From Candidatus Iainarchaeum sp. (lineage in GTDB: Archaea > Iainarchaeota > Iainarchaeia > Iainarchaeales > CSSED10-239): a DNA stretch of 32,000 nucleotides. The position numbers and the translations under genes were made by a program. The notes below the pieces were generated by a model. It was not told the DNA's origin. It did not search any database and was given only the letters and a program-made list of their open reading frames with translations. Below are positions 9,525 to 18,058 of the stretch, piece after piece; within the stretch, counting starts at the first letter, position 1; each line of letters begins with the position of its first letter. Where the stretch lies: the NCBI GenBank assembly GCA_028700115.1, contig JAQVTI010000001.1:161139-193138 (forward strand), given 5' to 3'.

Positions 9525-10060
9525 TTATTTATCTAGATAAATATCTAGATACATAGGCAAGGCACCTTTATCTCTTTCTTTTAATATTTTAAATTTAAAT
9601 TTTTTATAAAAATGAATAGAATCTTTACTTTTGTCCTTATTTCTTTTTACATCTAAAATTAAAAATCTACAACCACAAATACTAGATAACTTTTTAGCTA
9701 CACTATAAGAAATTTCAAGTAACATTGTTCCAAAGCCCATTCTTGAAAAATCATCATCAACTGCAAGTCTACCTATCTTTAATGCAGGAATTGCTTTATA
9801 TTTAACATTTTTTTAAGAAAAAAAGTCTTTAAAGGTTTAGTTAAATTTAAAGAATCAGTTAATAAAGTAACATAACATACTAAATTATCTTTATAAAATA
9901 ATAAATAAGTAGTAGATATTTTTTGTTTTTAATTACTTAAAGCATCATCTACTAAAAAATCTTTCAAATCTTTCTCATAGGTTTTAAAATTAGTAATAAT
10001 ATCTTTGTCAGTTTTTAAAATAGGTCTAATTTTAATATATTTTAAATTTATTTTTTCCAT
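9525..10060 (-). pseudogene. Disrupted GNAT-family N-acetyltransferase (toxin-like)
   Basis: The reading frame starts at the ATG at 10060..10058 (MEKINLKYIKIRP...DDALSN). It hits an in-frame TAA at 9929..9931 and resumes (KQKISTTYLLFYKDNLVCYVTLLTDSL). It then shifts frame in the T/A homopolymer runs around 9806..9825. The last segment carries the GNAT motif A (RLAVDDDFSRMGFGTMLL). Confidence 0.6.
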
Positions 10061-10215
10061 AATTGACTTTCATAAAAAGATCTGTTCTTTTCTGCATTTT
10101 TAATAAATGCAACTCTTTCTTTAGAAGGATGCTTTAACTCTTTAGCCCATCCTTTAATAAACTTATCAGCATCATCCCCTCTTAATACAGGAGTTGCTCT
10201 AATTAGTTTAGCCAT
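10048..10215 (-). CDS. Small putative antitoxin-like protein coupled to the GNAT gene (55 aa, not in ORF track)
   Basis: My translation: MAKLIRATPVLRGDDADKFIKGWAKELKHPSKERVAFIKNAEKNRSFYESQLWKK. Its 3' end overlaps the GNAT ATG by 13 nt (TTATGGAAAAAATAA), the usual TA-pair architecture. Confidence 0.45.
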   Translation of the reverse strand: MAKLIRATPVLRGDDADKFIKGWAKELKHPSKERVAFIKNAEKNRSFYESQLWKK

Positions 10216-10368
10216 ATTTATCACATTTATATAATATATATGTATTTATTAAAACAATTTATAAGTATTTGTATTACAAATAAAAAAAGAACAAAAAAGA
10301 AAGAGAAATAGAATATAAATTTTTAAAAAAAAGAAAATAAAAAAACAGTTTTTAATATTTTAAAAAAA

Positions 10369-13248
10369 CTATCTCCTTCCACCACTAACTGCATCTTCTA
10401 TTGTCCAATTAAAATTATTTATAATATAGTCTTTTGCAGTAAGTCCATCTCCAGAAGGAGTACTATTTCCTGCATCAAAAGATACATTTGATTGTAAAGG
10501 CAATTTACTCCAACTAATTAATAAAGAATTATAATTTGAAGAAGATAAAGAAGTAATTGAAAACATATTTCCCATATCTGTTACATTAGAAACATTCCAA
10601 GAAGCTAAATTTTGATCGAAAACCTCATTATTACAAAACATATAATACATATTATTTACATTTGAAACATCCCAATTATTTAAAGGTTGATTAAATGAAC
10701 TTGCACCATTAAACATATCACTCATATCAGTTACATTTGAAACATCCCAATTATTTAAAGGTTGATTAAAAGCACGCACCCTACAAAATACACCACTCAT
10801 ATCTGTTATTGAAGATGTATTCCAATCATTTATATAACTATTAAAATCAGTATTATTTGTAAACATACCTTTTATTGAAGTTATATTAGATAAATCCCAA
10901 TAATTAATATTAGGTATACCAGTCAAATATCCTCCACAACCTTCAAACATATATTCTAAAGAAGTTGTTCTATTTAATTTTAAAATATCTTCAGCTGTAA
11001 CACTTAAATTAGAACAACCTCTAAATTGTGAATCTGTAACTCCAAGATCAAGATTACCCCATTTTGAAATATCACTAATTTTTAATCTATCTCCAGAATC
11101 ATTAAAAGACCAACCTTCTAATTCTCCAAAAATATTTAAATCATACACTCCATAAGAATCATAAGTATGAGGTAAATCCGAATCATCCCAAGAAGTTATT
11201 TGTGAAGTTGTTCCATCATCCCATTCTACAGTGAAATCATAATTACCATCAGAAACTAAAGGTAACATAATTTGATTATATTCACTAGATCCAGTAGAAG
11301 TTTTTGTAGTATCCCAAGTTGAAATAAAATAATTACTTTCACAATCTGTTGGACAACTATCTGAATTTTCTGAAGAATATGAACAAATACCATCTCCACA
11401 ACTTCCACAATCTGCATAACAAGAACTTACAGTTTCATAAACAGTACAGAAACCATCTCCACAAACACTACAATCTTGAGGACATGTATCTAAATTTTCA
11501 TCAGAAGAAGTACAAATTCCATCTCCACAACTACCACAATCTATATAACAAGTATCTATATTTTCATCCCCATTACAAGATTCATCTCCACATTCAGGAG
11601 GACCTGGAACAATACCTAAATCTTCTAGATACCAACCTAAATCATTTACTAAATAATTATAAGCATCATCTGCTTCTGCAGTATGATATAGATTAATATT
11701 ACTAACACCAACACCTAAAGCAATATTAGGATTATCAGCCCAATCAATTAATGTATTTGAATAATTTTCTACAGACATAGATGTAGGTATATTATAATCA
11801 ACATCAGATAAAAAACCATATAAACAATCCATATTTGCTAAATTCCAATCGCCTATATCTTGATCAAAACTAGATCCTTCAAATAAAGCTACAGCAGCAT
11901 ATAAATTTGAAACATCCCAACTTGAAATATCTTGATTAAAATCTGAAAAAAAGAAAGTATATCTCACCTTTTCAACATTTGAAACATCCCAAGAAGAAAT
12001 ATCTTGATTAAAAGGAACTTTTCTAACAGAAGAAAAATCAACAAGTTCAGATAACCATTCAGGATATTCAAATAACAAACTAATCTGTGTTTTTCCAAAT
12101 GTATTTGATAAATCTAAAATATTAGAAGTATCCCAATTTTCTATATTTGGAATATCTACTAAAGAAAAACAATCTGCAAATGAAGCGGTTAAATAAGTTG
12201 TATTTTCTAAAATATCTAAACTATCTTCAGCAGTAATTGTTAAATTTTCACAACCAGTAAAATGCCCATATGAATTTGAATCAATAGAATCTAATTTTAA
12301 TGGTCCCCAATTAGATATATTTAATATTTTTAATCTATCTTTACTTAAATGAACATTATCATAAATACAAAAATCCAAACCATTTATTTCTTCAAAATTA
12401 TAATCAGCAAAAGACCAGCCTTCTATTGTTCCATTAATATTTATTTCGTATTCTCCAGATAAAGAATAAGTATGTAATTTATCAGAATCATCATATGAAG
12501 TTATTTCTGAAGTAGTCCCATCTCCCCAATCTACAGTAAAATCATAATTACCATTTGGAACTAATGGAAGCTCTATTTGGTCATCATCACTTGAATAACC
12601 ATATTCTATTAAACTTTCCATTTCAAAATCCATATAGTAATTTATAGATGTATTATTTGTATCCCATGTAGAAGTAAAATAATTAATATGACAATCATCA
12701 TAACAAGTTTCTTCAGTTTCAGAACCATTACAAGTTCCATCTCCACAATAAGGTGCATTATCACATGAAACAAGACTTGCTCCTAAATAACTTACAGGAA
12801 TAGAAATATATTTACCATCATTAGTTTTTAATTCTAAAATAAATTCTTTTGAAGGAATACATATTATATCTAATTGATTACTTCTATTTGGATTAATAAC
12901 TAAAGGAGTTTCTAAAGTATATTCTGTGTTTATAAAATTTGTATTTTCTGCGGTTGTAGAAATTAATTTATATGCAACAACATTTAAATCTTTATTAAAA
13001 TTGTTATTTTCTAAAACAACTTTAGAATAATCCCCAGACATACTTTCATAAACACTTAAACATTTTATAAACCCATCTAAATCTGATTTATCATAAGTAA
13101 CTACAGAAGATTCATCTAGATTAGATATAGTAAAATCTTTTGAAAAAGAAACAATTCCTGCAATTAAAACAACTGAAACTAAAACAATTAAAACAGTTGC
13201 AATTAATGGAGAAATTGCTTTTTTATTAAAAATATATTTTGAATTCAT
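10369..13248 (-). CDS. Giant surface adhesin with an archaeal type IV pilin-like (class III) signal peptide, BspA/DUF285-type leucine-rich repeats and Cys-rich CGDGxC repeats
   Basis: The N-terminus KKAISPLIATVLIVLVSVVLIAGIV matches the archaeal pilin N-terminal domain. It has multiple FNQDISSWDVSNV / FNQPLNNWDVSNVTDM repeats (BspA-family 26-residue repeat). It has five CGDG(x)C..E....C..DC modules. The body is two homologous halves. Confidence 0.8.
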   Translation of the reverse strand: MNSKYIFNKKAISPLIATVLIVLVSVVLIAGIVSFSKDFTISNLDESSVVTYDKSDLDGFIKCLSVYESMSGDYSKVVLENNNFNKDLNVVAYKLISTTAENTNFINTEYTLETPLVINPNRSNQLDIICIPSKEFILELKTNDGKYISIPVSYLGASLVSCDNAPYCGDGTCNGSETEETCYDDCHINYFTSTWDTNNTSINYYMDFEMESLIEYGYSSDDDQIELPLVPNGNYDFTVDWGDGTTSEITSYDDSDKLHTYSLSGEYEININGTIEGWSFADYNFEEINGLDFCIYDNVHLSKDRLKILNISNWGPLKLDSIDSNSYGHFTGCENLTITAEDSLDILENTTYLTASFADCFSLVDIPNIENWDTSNILDLSNTFGKTQISLLFEYPEWLSELVDFSSVRKVPFNQDISSWDVSNVEKVRYTFFFSDFNQDISSWDVSNLYAAVALFEGSSFDQDIGDWNLANMDCLYGFLSDVDYNIPTSMSVENYSNTLIDWADNPNIALGVGVSNINLYHTAEADDAYNYLVNDLGWYLEDLGIVPGPPECGDESCNGDENIDTCYIDCGSCGDGICTSSDENLDTCPQDCSVCGDGFCTVYETVSSCYADCGSCGDGICSYSSENSDSCPTDCESNYFISTWDTTKTSTGSSEYNQIMLPLVSDGNYDFTVEWDDGTTSQITSWDDSDLPHTYDSYGVYDLNIFGELEGWSFNDSGDRLKISDISKWGNLDLGVTDSQFRGCSNLSVTAEDILKLNRTTSLEYMFEGCGGYLTGIPNINYWDLSNITSIKGMFTNNTDFNSYINDWNTSSITDMSGVFCRVRAFNQPLNNWDVSNVTDMSDMFNGASSFNQPLNNWDVSNVNNMYYMFCNNEVFDQNLASWNVSNVTDMGNMFSITSLSSSNYNSLLISWSKLPLQSNVSFDAGNSTPSGDGLTAKDYIINNFNWTIEDAVSGGRR

Positions 13249-13348
13249 ATTATTATATACATAGATTTTATTTAAAAAGATTTAGTTAAACCTTTTATTG
13301 CCAAACAAATTTTTATAAATAAATAAAATAAATTACTATAAAAAAAGG

Positions 13349-13631
13349 AAAGAAAACTATTTCTTTCCTGTTATATGGTTTAACTCTTGTTTTAATTTAA
13401 AAATCATATCAGCATAACCATGAGTCATATCAACTATTGTAAATAAACTTTCTTGAAGATCAGAAATTGGAACATTTAGTTTCTCTGGTTTAATTACATC
13501 TATTGAAGTTACACCATAGTAATAAACTAATCTAAATAAAGACTGTAAATCCTTACAAGAAACTTCAGCTTCAATATATGTTGAAAACAAACCATCATGA
13601 ACTACAATTTCTGCAATCTTTGATTCATACA
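13349..13631. repeat. Left copy of a ~283-bp direct repeat (partner 15411..15693)
   Basis: Aligned by eye at an offset of 2062 bp, with about 8 mismatches and no indels. It covers the last ~90 codons plus ~8 nt of 3' flank of gene 15419..16072. Confidence 0.85.
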
Positions 13632-13665
13632 ATATAGATTTAACTAATTTTTTAGAAAATATCAA
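13357..13665 (-). pseudogene. Duplicated 3' fragment of gene 15419..16072 (C-terminal ~90 codons fused to an unrelated 11-codon N-terminus)
   Basis: The protein ESKIAEIVVHDGLFSTYIEAEVSCKDLQSLFRLVYYYGVTSIDVI.PEKLN.PISDLQESLFTIVDMTHGYADMIFKLKQELN.ITGKK is nearly identical to the C-terminus of the 217-aa protein. Confidence 0.6.
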
Positions 13666-13704
13666 CTATTGTTTTTAATTAACATTTTATAAAATAAGAT
13701 AAAT

Positions 13705-14592
13705 TTATTTAATTAAAATACTTTTTTTAAGTAAATACAAATATTTATCTAAAACATCTTTTAAAATAAGATCAGATCTTAAAACCACTTCTAAAGAAGA
13801 TAAATTCACATTATTTAATTCTAATTTAGAAATATATTTAAAAAAATCATCTATTTTAAAAGCATTTTTATTATATTCTAAACTTTCATTTATTTTTAAT
13901 AAAACTAAATCTAAAAATAAAGGATCAATTTTAACTAAATCTTTACTTAAAATATACCCAATATCAAAAATATCTCTTAAAGCTAAAAAAGGTCTTGTAA
14001 CTAAAGCTCTATACTTCTCACTTAAATTTTCTCTAATGTCTATACATTCTATCTTAGAAACATCATCTAAAATAGCATCATTTAATTTATCATAAAATAA
14101 ATGATTTATAGTTTTTATTTTAGTATCTAAATAAAGTTTATGCCTAAAAGACACATCTATTTTTATTTGTTGTAAATCTTCAGATAATAAAGATTTATAT
14201 TTTGCATAAACAACTAAGTTAATAATTCTACCATTTTGAGTAATTATTTTCCAACCTTTCCCTAACTCATCACTTACTACTAACCCACATTTTAAGCATA
14301 ATTTATTTATTTCAGACCTTATTTTTTCAGATTTTAATTTTAAAGCTCTATTTGTTAAATTATTTAAATCCTCATTAAAAATAAAATCTAAATCTTCACT
14401 TAATCTATAAAATCCTAAATAACATTTATTTAAACAAGTACCACCTTTAAAAATAAGATTATCAATTTTATTATTAGAAAGTTCAATTAAAAATTTTGTT
14501 AAAAAATAATCTTTTTCTAATAATAGTGAATTAAATTTTTCTCTATTAGAAACTTCAAGTATTAAATTTTTTAAATTAACTTTATCTTCCAT
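13705..14592 (-). CDS. abiEii: AbiEii/AbiGii-family nucleotidyltransferase toxin (second copy, divergent)
   Basis: FKGGTCLNKCY ... LSEDLDF signature. It overlaps the upstream AbiEi-like gene by 22 nt. Confidence 0.8.
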   Translation of the reverse strand: MEDKVNLKNLILEVSNREKFNSLLLEKDYFLTKFLIELSNNKIDNLIFKGGTCLNKCYLGFYRLSEDLDFIFNEDLNNLTNRALKLKSEKIRSEINKLCLKCGLVVSDELGKGWKIITQNGRIINLVVYAKYKSLLSEDLQQIKIDVSFRHKLYLDTKIKTINHLFYDKLNDAILDDVSKIECIDIRENLSEKYRALVTRPFLALRDIFDIGYILSKDLVKIDPLFLDLVLLKINESLEYNKNAFKIDDFFKYISKLELNNVNLSSLEVVLRSDLILKDVLDKYLYLLKKSILIK

Positions 14593-15344
14593 TTAATATA
14601 CCTCAAATCTAAATTAGTATTTCTTATTTTTGTATAATATCTAAACTTATTTAATTTATTTAAATAATCATACAATTTTTCATTTTCTGTAATTATACCA
14701 ATTAATTTTAGTAATTTTATAGAATTTATTTTTTTTGCATATTTAATAAGTTTATTTTCATCAAATTTATCTTTATTTTTTTTAAAAATATAAATTAAAT
14801 GATCTAATGAATCAACATATTTAAAATAATTTAAAGAATCTATAATAGTTTTTTCGATATCAGAAAAAGGACATTTATTTTTAAACACACCAAATAAATT
14901 AGACTTATTTATTTTAATATAATGTATATTAAAATCTAATATTTTTTTTGTTAAATTATACTTAGTATTAAATACAAATAATTTATTAGGAATTTGAGTT
15001 ATAAAACCATATTTATTTAAAGCATTAATTAAACCAATATAATATTTGTTTGAATTTAAATAAAATTCATTAATTTCAAATTCAGAAACAACTGGCTTTC
15101 TATCTATAGAAGATACTGGAATATAAATATAATTATCTTTTTTAATAGAAATTAAATATTTCTGAAATAATAAATATTTAATAAATCTATTTGGATTGTT
15201 TGAATCTATATTTTTTATAATAATATCTAATAATTCATTTTTAGAAATAAAATGTATTTTTTTATATTCTAAAATAGAAATTAACTTCTTGGTCAAATTA
15301 TTAGAAAAGTTGGATTTATTAACCATATGTATTATTTTGACCAA
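14571..15344 (-). CDS. abiEi: AbiEi-like antitoxin (second copy)
   Basis: 257 aa, with the same size, position and overlap geometry as 5603..6391. The call is by context. Confidence 0.55.
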   Translation of the reverse strand: MVKIIHMVNKSNFSNNLTKKLISILEYKKIHFISKNELLDIIIKNIDSNNPNRFIKYLLFQKYLISIKKDNYIYIPVSSIDRKPVVSEFEINEFYLNSNKYYIGLINALNKYGFITQIPNKLFVFNTKYNLTKKILDFNIHYIKINKSNLFGVFKNKCPFSDIEKTIIDSLNYFKYVDSLDHLIYIFKKNKDKFDENKLIKYAKKINSIKLLKLIGIITENEKLYDYLNKLNKFRYYTKIRNTNLDLRYIKWKIKLI

Positions 15345-15410
15345 AAACTATTTAAAAGATATTATTTTTAAAAATAAAGACCTATTTAGAAAAACAGAAA
15401 AAAGAAAAGA

Positions 15411-15693
15411 AAAGAAAACTATTTCTTTCCTGTTATGTAGTTTAACTCTTGTTTTAATTTAAAAATCATATCAGCATAACCATGAGTCATATCAACTATT
15501 GTAAATAAACTCTCTTGAAGATCAGAAATTGGTATGTTTAGTTTCTCTGGTCTAATTACATCTATTGAAGTTACACCATAGTAATAAACTAATCTAAATA
15601 AAGACTGTAAATCTTTACAAGAAACTTCAGCTTCAATATATGTTGAAAACAAACCATCATGAACTACAATTTCTGCAATCTTTGATTCATATA
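15411..15693. repeat. Right copy of the ~283-bp direct repeat
   Basis: See 13349..13631. Confidence 0.85.
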
Positions 15694-16072
15694 CTAAAAA
15701 CTTTTTATCAGATTTTAGTCTTTCTAAAATCTTATTCATTGCATCTTCTAAAGTTGCTTTATTATCTCCTTTAGACTCAATCATAATACTTACTTTAATT
15801 AAGTTTTTATCAGATTCAGAAATTGACTTTCTTGAATCTAACTTTTCTGCAATTTCTTTTGAAATAGAATACTTTGCAGGAAAGCCTTCTCTTTTTATAA
15901 GTTTTAATACAAGCATATTTTTTAGAGTTGCAGTTAAATCTTCATAACTTGCATCTTTAAATTCTTTTTTAAGTTCTTCATCAGTTTTTGGAGACTTATA
16001 AATAGATTTTGCAATTTCTTTTCTTAAATCAAGAATTCTTTTTTGTTTGTCTACATCTACATTTTCAGTCAT
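15419..16072 (-). CDS. Hypothetical protein with an N-terminal wHTH-like region (217 aa); intact parent of fragment 13357..13665
   Basis: Long ORF. TATLKNMLVLKLIKREGFPAKYSISKE looks like a winged-helix recognition region. I do not recognise the C-terminal ~100 aa. Confidence 0.5.
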   Translation of the reverse strand: MTENVDVDKQKRILDLRKEIAKSIYKSPKTDEELKKEFKDASYEDLTATLKNMLVLKLIKREGFPAKYSISKEIAEKLDSRKSISESDKNLIKVSIMIESKGDNKATLEDAMNKILERLKSDKKFLVYESKIAEIVVHDGLFSTYIEAEVSCKDLQSLFRLVYYYGVTSIDVIRPEKLNIPISDLQESLFTIVDMTHGYADMIFKLKQELNYITGKK

Positions 16073-16278
16073 AAATTTTCACATTTTATAATTATCTTAA
16101 ATATTTACACATCTATAAATATATATTAGTTAAGAAACATATAAAAAAGAAAGGTTACTAAGAAATTAATTTAATTAATCAATAAAATCATCTCTAGAAA
16201 GTCTTAAAACATCAAAAGATTTATTTAAAATATAAATTACCTAACAGAACATAGATTTAATAATTTAAAAAAATGAAA

Positions 16279-16391
16279 ATGGATAAAAAAGAAGTAATTT
16301 ATCCATTAAAATGGATAAAAAACACTAAAAAAGCATTTAAAACCACAAAAATGGATAAAAATAAGCTTATTTATCCATTAAAATGGATAAA
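16279..16391. promoter_or_regulatory. Two 41-bp composite repeat units built from the 9-mer ATGGATAAA (direct - N10 - inverted - N4 - direct), 72-bp period, upstream of the ATPase gene
   Basis: Direct copies are at 16279, 16311, 16351 and 16383. Inverted copies (tttatccat) are at 16298 and 16370. The spacing is identical in both units. The downstream gene itself starts ATGGATAAT (16442). An AT-rich TATA-like stretch lies at about 16407..16425. Confidence 0.5.
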
Positions 16392-16441
16392 CTTAAAAAG
16401 ACAACTATATATAATATATATAAAACTAAAATAAGATAAAT

Positions 16442-17725
16442 ATGGATAATTATAATTATATACTTAAATCTGAAAGAAAAAAAGAAAAACTATTAGATGA
16501 AATTAAAAATTATAATGAAAGAAACATAGTTACAGAAATCAGAGAAGAAATTAAACTTTATAAAAATAAAAAAAATAAAAGAATATTCTTATTTTATGGA
16601 CTTAGAGGGATTGGAAAATCAACTGCATTATTACAAATTATAAAAGAAAATAAAGATGCAATGTATATTGATGGTACAGAAATATCTTATTATAATCTAG
16701 AACTTATAAAAGTTATAGAAGAATACAAAAAAATAAATAAATCAAATATATTAATTATAGATGAATTAAATGATATACCTAATTGGGGAAAAGCACTTAA
16801 AATATTATATGATTCTGAGAATTTAAAAATAATTGCAACAGGATCTTCGGCAATAAAAATATCACAAGAAATAAAAGAAATAATTAGAAGATCTAAAATA
16901 AAAAAACTGCAAGCTTTAAGTTTTAAAGAATTTTTAAAATTAAAATACAATATAGAATACAATATCACAAATGAAATTAAAGATATATTATTTTCAAAAA
17001 AAGAAGACGCATTTATAAAAATTAAAAATTTAAATTTAGATATACTTAAAAAAAATCAAGATATTGAAAAACATTTCAGAGAATACATATATGAAGGCAT
17101 ACCTTTAATGATTAACACAGGGGAAAAAATACAAGACATATCTCAAAATATAATTTATAAAATAATAGTAGATGATTTTAAAAATATTACAGGATTTAAT
17201 ATTAAAACTATAGATAAATCTAAAAAAATTATTAGAGCAATTGCAGAAGCAAAACCAGGACACACTTCTTTTAAAAATTTAAGTGATAACTTCGATATAT
17301 CCGCAACTACAATTTCTGAAATTATAAATGCATTTAAAATATCTGAATTAATTATAGAAACTTATGTTAATAAAAAATCAATGGCAAAATACAGAAAAGA
17401 ACCTAAAATTTTATTTAGCTCTTCAGCAATAAGATATGGATTATTATTAAATAATTTTGATGAAACAGATATTGGAACACTTAGAGAAGATGCTTTTGTT
17501 TCAAATATAATATATAGTGGATTAAATGTAAATTATATTGCAGAAAATAAAAAAACACCTGATTTTGAAATAAGTGATGACAAAAATAAAGTTATTGTAG
17601 AAATAGGTGGACAAAATAAAAAAACTAAACAGATCAAAAAAGGTTTTATAATTACAGAAAGTAATAAAATAGATATTATAAACAATGTGATATACATGCC
17701 TTTATACATGGTTTGTTTAATATAA
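16442..17725 (+). CDS. AAA+ ATPase of the archaeal ATPase / DUF4143 type (second copy)
   Basis: 427 aa. Walker A is GLRGIGKST, Walker B is LIIDELND. The C-terminus has TPDFEI ... VIVEIGG, analogous to 2678..4021. Confidence 0.75.
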   Translation: MDNYNYILKSERKKEKLLDEIKNYNERNIVTEIREEIKLYKNKKNKRIFLFYGLRGIGKSTALLQIIKENKDAMYIDGTEISYYNLELIKVIEEYKKINKSNILIIDELNDIPNWGKALKILYDSENLKIIATGSSAIKISQEIKEIIRRSKIKKLQALSFKEFLKLKYNIEYNITNEIKDILFSKKEDAFIKIKNLNLDILKKNQDIEKHFREYIYEGIPLMINTGEKIQDISQNIIYKIIVDDFKNITGFNIKTIDKSKKIIRAIAEAKPGHTSFKNLSDNFDISATTISEIINAFKISELIIETYVNKKSMAKYRKEPKILFSSSAIRYGLLLNNFDETDIGTLREDAFVSNIIYSGLNVNYIAENKKTPDFEISDDKNKVIVEIGGQNKKTKQIKKGFIITESNKIDIINNVIYMPLYMVCLI

Positions 17726-17739
17726 ATATATGATAAAAT

Positions 17740-18048
17740 ATGGATGTAAACACAATTTCACAAGTTGCAACTACTGCAACTAGTTCAGCAATAGACACTG
17801 CTTCAAAATTTATACCAAAACCAGAATATCTAATAATTGGTTTTGCTTTGATAATTGTAACTGTAATTATAATTAAATTTTTTAAAAATGTAGTAGTAAA
17901 CAGTATAGTTGGTGTAGTTGGATTATTAATCTCAAACATTGTGTTTGGTTTAAAATTACCTTTTCTTTTAACATTACTAGTTACAGCTGTATTTGGACCT
18001 GCTGGACTTGGAACTATGCTTATTTTAAAATTCTTTGGAGTTGTTTAG
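17740..18048 (+). CDS. Small integral membrane protein, possibly BofA-like
   Basis: 102 aa with two or three hydrophobic spans. The glycine-rich end AVFGPAGLGTMLILKFFG resembles BofA-family proteins. The assignment is weak. Confidence 0.4.
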   Translation: MDVNTISQVATTATSSAIDTASKFIPKPEYLIIGFALIIVTVIIIKFFKNVVVNSIVGVVGLLISNIVFGLKLPFLLTLLVTAVFGPAGLGTMLILKFFGVV

Positions 18049-18058
18049 TGAGTTTTAG

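Noticed and set aside
11349-11696. Plus-strand 115-aa H/N/L/Y-rich ORF
   Set aside because: It is the antisense reading of the repeated CGDGxC (tgt/gga/gat-rich) modules of the adhesin gene. Its periodic HNLHN pattern simply mirrors that repeat.
15196-15462. Plus-strand 88-aa ORF spanning the AbiEi start and the intergenic region
   Set aside because: It overlaps two better-supported minus-strand genes and their intergenic spacer, and has no motif.
16279-16391. Possible CRISPR array or replication origin (ORB-like boxes)
   Set aside because: The repeats are only 9-13 nt with 4-10-nt spacers and include inverted copies, so this is not CRISPR geometry. There is no adjacent cdc6/orc1 gene and no recognisable ORB consensus, so an origin is unsupported.
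16273-16434. 53-aa ORF with an internal MDK..IYPLKWI repeat
   Set aside because: The underlying ATGGATAAA word occurs in different frames and both orientations, so the repetition is at the DNA level. I treat the region as regulatory rather than coding, although translation cannot be excluded.
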